A DNA stretch of 64,000 bases from an uncultured Prochlorococcus sp. (lineage in GTDB: Bacteria; Cyanobacteriota; Cyanobacteriia; PCC-6307; Cyanobiaceae): NCBI GenBank assembly GCA_902536775.1, contig CACAYX010000002.1:4462-68461 (forward strand), in the 5' to 3' direction. The notes beneath the pieces are model-generated. The model ran no database searches. It was not told the origin of the DNA and was given only the letters and a program-made list of their open reading frames with translations. Below, one piece after another: positions 61,141-64,000 of the stretch (position 1 is its first letter; each line of letters starts with the position of its first letter). Position numbers and translations under genes: made by a program.

Positions 61141-61494
61141 ATGCAAAGATTTATAATTTCACCGTTATTTGCTTTATCTAGATTTTTTATAAATACTTAC
61201 GGAATATTTTTAAAGTTTTTTCTTCAATTAAATGGTGGTTATTGGTCAAGAATTGGTTTAACAGAAAATATTACAGAGGAGAGAATTAAAAAAAGAAGAC
61301 TATATATCTTACCTTTTTATATTCTTCTGGCTTTATTGTTTGGATTACTATCTGCTCTCTATTGGTATTTGGTTATTTTATATGTACCACTTTGGATAGA
61401 AAGATTTTTAAGTCCATTGAATAAGAATATTGCTCCAATAATTGCTTTTGCTACTTTCTTTGGCTGGCTTTATATTCTTTGTAAAACAAAATAA
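61141..61494 (+). CDS. hypothetical membrane protein
   Basis: 117-aa hydrophobic ORF. Confidence 0.7.
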   Translation: MQRFIISPLFALSRFFINTYGIFLKFFLQLNGGYWSRIGLTENITEERIKKRRLYILPFYILLALLFGLLSALYWYLVILYVPLWIERFLSPLNKNIAPIIAFATFFGWLYILCKTK

Positions 61495-61531
61495 ACAAAG
61501 TATTATCTATCTGCAAAAGTCAAAAATTACT

Positions 61532-61666
61532 TTATTTAAAATCTTCTTTTGTTTGATTATCATTTTCCCTTCCCCAAGAGTCCTCATTTATAATATTTCT
61601 TTTTTGATAATCTAATGCGTTCATATTCTTGTCGAGTATGGTAAAAGGAGAATTAGTAAATTTCAT
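61532..61666 (-). CDS. 44-aa paralog of 61976 ORF lacking the Cys tail
   Basis: GAGGT SD; MKFTNSPFTILDKNMNALDY...EDSWGRE. Confidence 0.6.
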   Translation of the reverse strand: MKFTNSPFTILDKNMNALDYQKRNIINEDSWGRENDNQTKEDFK

Positions 61667-61722
61667 AGAATAGTACCTCTAAAAAAATGGTTTATTAAAT
61701 ATCTAATAGATATGAGATTTAT

Positions 61723-61824
61723 TTATCTCAAGTAACTAGATCCTCTATAAGTAAGCTTTATTGTTTTCTCTTCTTGGCTCTTGCAATATACGAAAGATTT
61801 GCCGTTAAAATACATGTTTACCAT
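61723..61824 (-). CDS. DUF4278 (downstream-peptide) protein, 33 aa
   Basis: AGGAG SD; ...KLTYRGSSYLR carries the LxYRGxxY motif. Confidence 0.75.
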   Translation of the reverse strand: MVNMYFNGKSFVYCKSQEEKTIKLTYRGSSYLR

Positions 61825-61842
61825 GATGCAGCTCCTGGTTTT

Positions 61843-61905
61843 GCTCAAGTCCCCGTCCTATGGCTTGAGTCGTACTGCGGTCTATCTAATGGTAGATCGG
61901 ACGAT
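61843..61905 (-). promoter_or_regulatory. glutamine-II (Downstream-peptide) riboswitch
   Basis: AUCGUCC...CGCAGUACGACUCAAGCCAUAGGACGGGGACUUGAGC before a DUF4278 ORF. Confidence 0.8.
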
Positions 61906-61908
61906 TTG

Positions 61909-61957
61909 GTAGCATTTACTACACTTTATTTATAGAGTATTTATACTCAGTTGTCAA
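61909..61957 (-). promoter_or_regulatory. sigma70 promoter with NtcA site over the start
   Basis: TTGACA-N17-TATAAA then GTA-GTAAATGC-TAC 6 nt downstream. Confidence 0.65.
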
Positions 61958-61975
61958 CCCTTAAGGTTGAAATTC

Positions 61976-62158
61976 TCAGTCGCAATAGACTAAACAATGC
62001 TGATTAGTTGGATGTTCTCTGCATTCCCTCTTCCAATAGTCTTCAAATAAATGGTTATCTCTATCAAGATTTTTTGTTGTTTCTTCCATTCTGTTTCCAG
62101 CATAATTAAATGCTTTTAGGTATCTTGGAAGGATTGTGAATTGATTGAATAGTTTCAT
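61976..62158 (-). CDS. small protein with CP12-like C-terminal Cys loop
   Basis: GGAGGT SD; ECREHPTNQHCLVYCD (C-x8-C-x2-Y). Confidence 0.65.
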   Translation of the reverse strand: MKLFNQFTILPRYLKAFNYAGNRMEETTKNLDRDNHLFEDYWKRECREHPTNQHCLVYCD

Positions 62159-62608
62159 TTAGACCTCCTAGATCTATACCTATATTGTCCTCCTATTGCC
62201 TTGAAATTTATAGGTCGGTTTGAGGAACTATTAGGTACGGGAAGAGGTATTTTTTTTGAATCAATAAATACTAAAGCAGTCCTAGGATTAATACATGGTT
62301 GTCATGAGGCAGTTGCAGGGATACAACTGAAGCCAACCATAAATTATTAGAGATCGATTCAAGATTTAAAACACACTCAATATTTAAAAAGAATCCTTCA
62401 ATGTAGATAAAACTGAAATAAATCAGGATTTGAAAACAATGTAATCGTAGATACCAACAGGTATTTAGCTAATTGATTATAAGTATTACACACGAGTTAA
62501 CCCGTTCCAATTTGTTGACTCTGAGGTTTTACCGTTGATTCCTTATCTTCTTCTAGTTGTGACTCGCTAGTTGTGAGATTCAAAAACGGTCTTTATTTAA
62601 TTTAAATC

Positions 62609-62746
62609 ATGGAAAAGAAAATCGTAAAAAAATATGCAAAATTAATGCATCAAGCGCAACAAGCTACTGGTAGAAAAGAAGCTGTTGGACTAATACATAA
62701 AGCAGCAAAGTTAAAAAGTAAATTCGATAGCTACGAGATGATGTAG
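62609..62746 (+). CDS. 45-aa GRKE-helix protein
   Basis: MEKKIVKKYAKLMHQAQQATGRKEAVGLIHKAAKLKSKFDSYEMM; terminator follows. Confidence 0.7.
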   Translation: MEKKIVKKYAKLMHQAQQATGRKEAVGLIHKAAKLKSKFDSYEMM

Positions 62747-62800
62747 CCTGTTATTGATTGACAGTCGATCTAAACTAGGGAGCAATTAGCTCCTTTTTTT

Positions 62801-63079
62801 ATGTCTCTTGAAACTACTGTTTTTACATTCAAAATTAGTGTCCCTTATGAAGAATGGGCTGCTGTTTATGACAGCGAAGAAAATATAAAAATGATGAAAG
62901 AAACTGGAATGACTTGCTTATACAAAGGTGTAAATAAAGATGATCCAACCAGTGTAATTGTTATTGAGCAGGGTGAAGAAGGTAAAGCAATAGCTATGTT
63001 TAAAGATCCAGAAGTTAAACCATTAATTGAGAGTGCAGGTCATATTTATGATTCAACTGTTATTTCGAGATACTTTTAA
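62801..63079 (+). CDS. DUF3764 family protein
   Basis: ETTVFTFKIS.PYEEW..YDS, LYKGVNKDDP, IESAGHIY. Confidence 0.8.
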   Translation: MSLETTVFTFKISVPYEEWAAVYDSEENIKMMKETGMTCLYKGVNKDDPTSVIVIEQGEEGKAIAMFKDPEVKPLIESAGHIYDSTVISRYF

Positions 63080-63181
63080 TTGACAGTCAACCTAACCTCG
63101 ACTCTACTTTTTTAGATAAAGTACCTATATTTTCTTATTGATTTAAAAGTTATTATTTTTGCAAATAACAGGATTAAAAAA

Positions 63182-63304
63182 ATGATGAAACTTGCGATCA
63201 TTTTCTTACCAATTGTCTTTGCACTTATATGGGCTTTGTTTATTGGGTTAAAAATAAATAAAGTAGAAACCAGAGATGGAAAGAGAAAATTAGTTAATTA
63301 TTAA
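63182..63304 (+). CDS. 40-aa TM peptide, loosely PsbY-like
   Basis: MMKLAIIFLPIVFALIWALFIGLK... Confidence 0.45.
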   Translation: MMKLAIIFLPIVFALIWALFIGLKINKVETRDGKRKLVNY

Positions 63305-63403
63305 AAATAAGATCTAAATATACAAGTCTTCTTCCATCCTTCCTCTTTCTTGCTTTTTTCTTATATCTTCGTAAGTATGCGTATATAGGCTTTCACATAG
63401 GGG

Positions 63404-63694
63404 TTGACGATTATGAAAATTCCAATCGAAATGATGAAAGAAATTAGAGAAAGTGGGTACGATAAAAAACTTGTATATACCTACATAAGAGAGCTATTAG
63501 ACAGCGAGAAAAGAAAATTTCCTAAAGAAAATAACAATCTAGAGCTTATAGACAATTACTTATTAGACAAAGATCCACAAGAAGTATCTAAAAATGGTGC
63601 TGAGATACTGATGGCAGCAGAGCTTTTAGACAACTACTTATTAGATAAAAGATTTGTGAGAGAGCTTGAAGATAAAGAATATGATGCTGCTTAA
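63404..63694 (+). CDS. hypothetical protein with internal repeats
   Basis: EL[IL]DNYLLDK twice. Confidence 0.6.
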   Translation: MTIMKIPIEMMKEIRESGYDKKLVYTYIRELLDSEKRKFPKENNNLELIDNYLLDKDPQEVSKNGAEILMAAELLDNYLLDKRFVRELEDKEYDAA

Positions 63695-63700
63695 AAATAA

Positions 63701-63943
63701 CTACCAAACTACAGGAGTTCTACGCCAACCTTGAGCTAGTAACTTTTTCCACTCCTCCCTTGCTTTTTCTATTTTAAGTTCTTCTCTTGTTGTTAAAACT
63801 GGGGGTTCTTTACCAAGTACGCCAACAATTTTCCCTGAGTCAATAAACATATACTCAAAGAATTGATCTTTGTTTTGTTTATTCTTTGAAAATCTTTTTA
63901 CTCTTGATCTATCAGAATTTATAAGCCAAAAAGAGTCTTCCAC
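63701..63943 (-). CDS. DUF1651 family protein (short form)
   Basis: WLINSDRSRVKRF...AREEWKKLLAQGWR. Confidence 0.8.
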   Translation of the reverse strand: MEDSFWLINSDRSRVKRFSKNKQNKDQFFEYMFIDSGKIVGVLGKEPPVLTTREELKIEKAREEWKKLLAQGWRRTPVVW

Positions 63944-64000
63944 TTACTTAGTTATATCTAGTAAAAATATATAAACTCCCAACAATATTGCTGTAGCTAC

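Larger units (their letters stand above)
40900..64000. mobile_element. genomic island / hypervariable region (left boundary approximate, continues past window)
   Basis: Low coding density, micro-ORFs, paralog pairs, hli genes, integrase, repeats. Confidence 0.75.

Noticed and set aside
60904-63110. Integron attC sites or CRISPR array
   Set aside because: No paired RYYYAAC/GTTRRRY arms, spacing irregular, no cas genes

Overview
AT-rich cyanobacterial chromosome, almost certainly high-light Prochlorococcus (gene order, pcyA/petN/psb29/hli genes, many tiny ORFs). 1-21.7 kb is core genome: chlP end, glyS, sir, recG, tsf-rpsB, devBCA, pcyA, M16 peptidases, ftsH, clpP, psb29, petN. 21.7-41 kb holds small hypotheticals, the exonuclease/ATP-ligase/Lhr/phosphoesterase repair cluster and a minimal pstSCAB locus with no phoBR or phoA. 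About 41-64 kb is a genomic island of micro-ORFs, hli genes, three DUF1651 genes, a tyrosine integrase, att-like repeats, a Zur-boxed COG0523/metallophosphoesterase cassette and a glutamine riboswitch. Best new signal: two LexA-boxed DUF1651 genes each hide a 26-aa hydrophobic ORF in the +1 frame with its own Shine-Dalgarno, and that frame carries the signature of selection (candidate SOS-induced membrane peptide). Also notable: a DnaA-box cluster far from dnaA/dnaN, a multi-branched RNA at 60.8 kb, and direct repeats around the zinc cassette. All calls are by eye; no searches were run.
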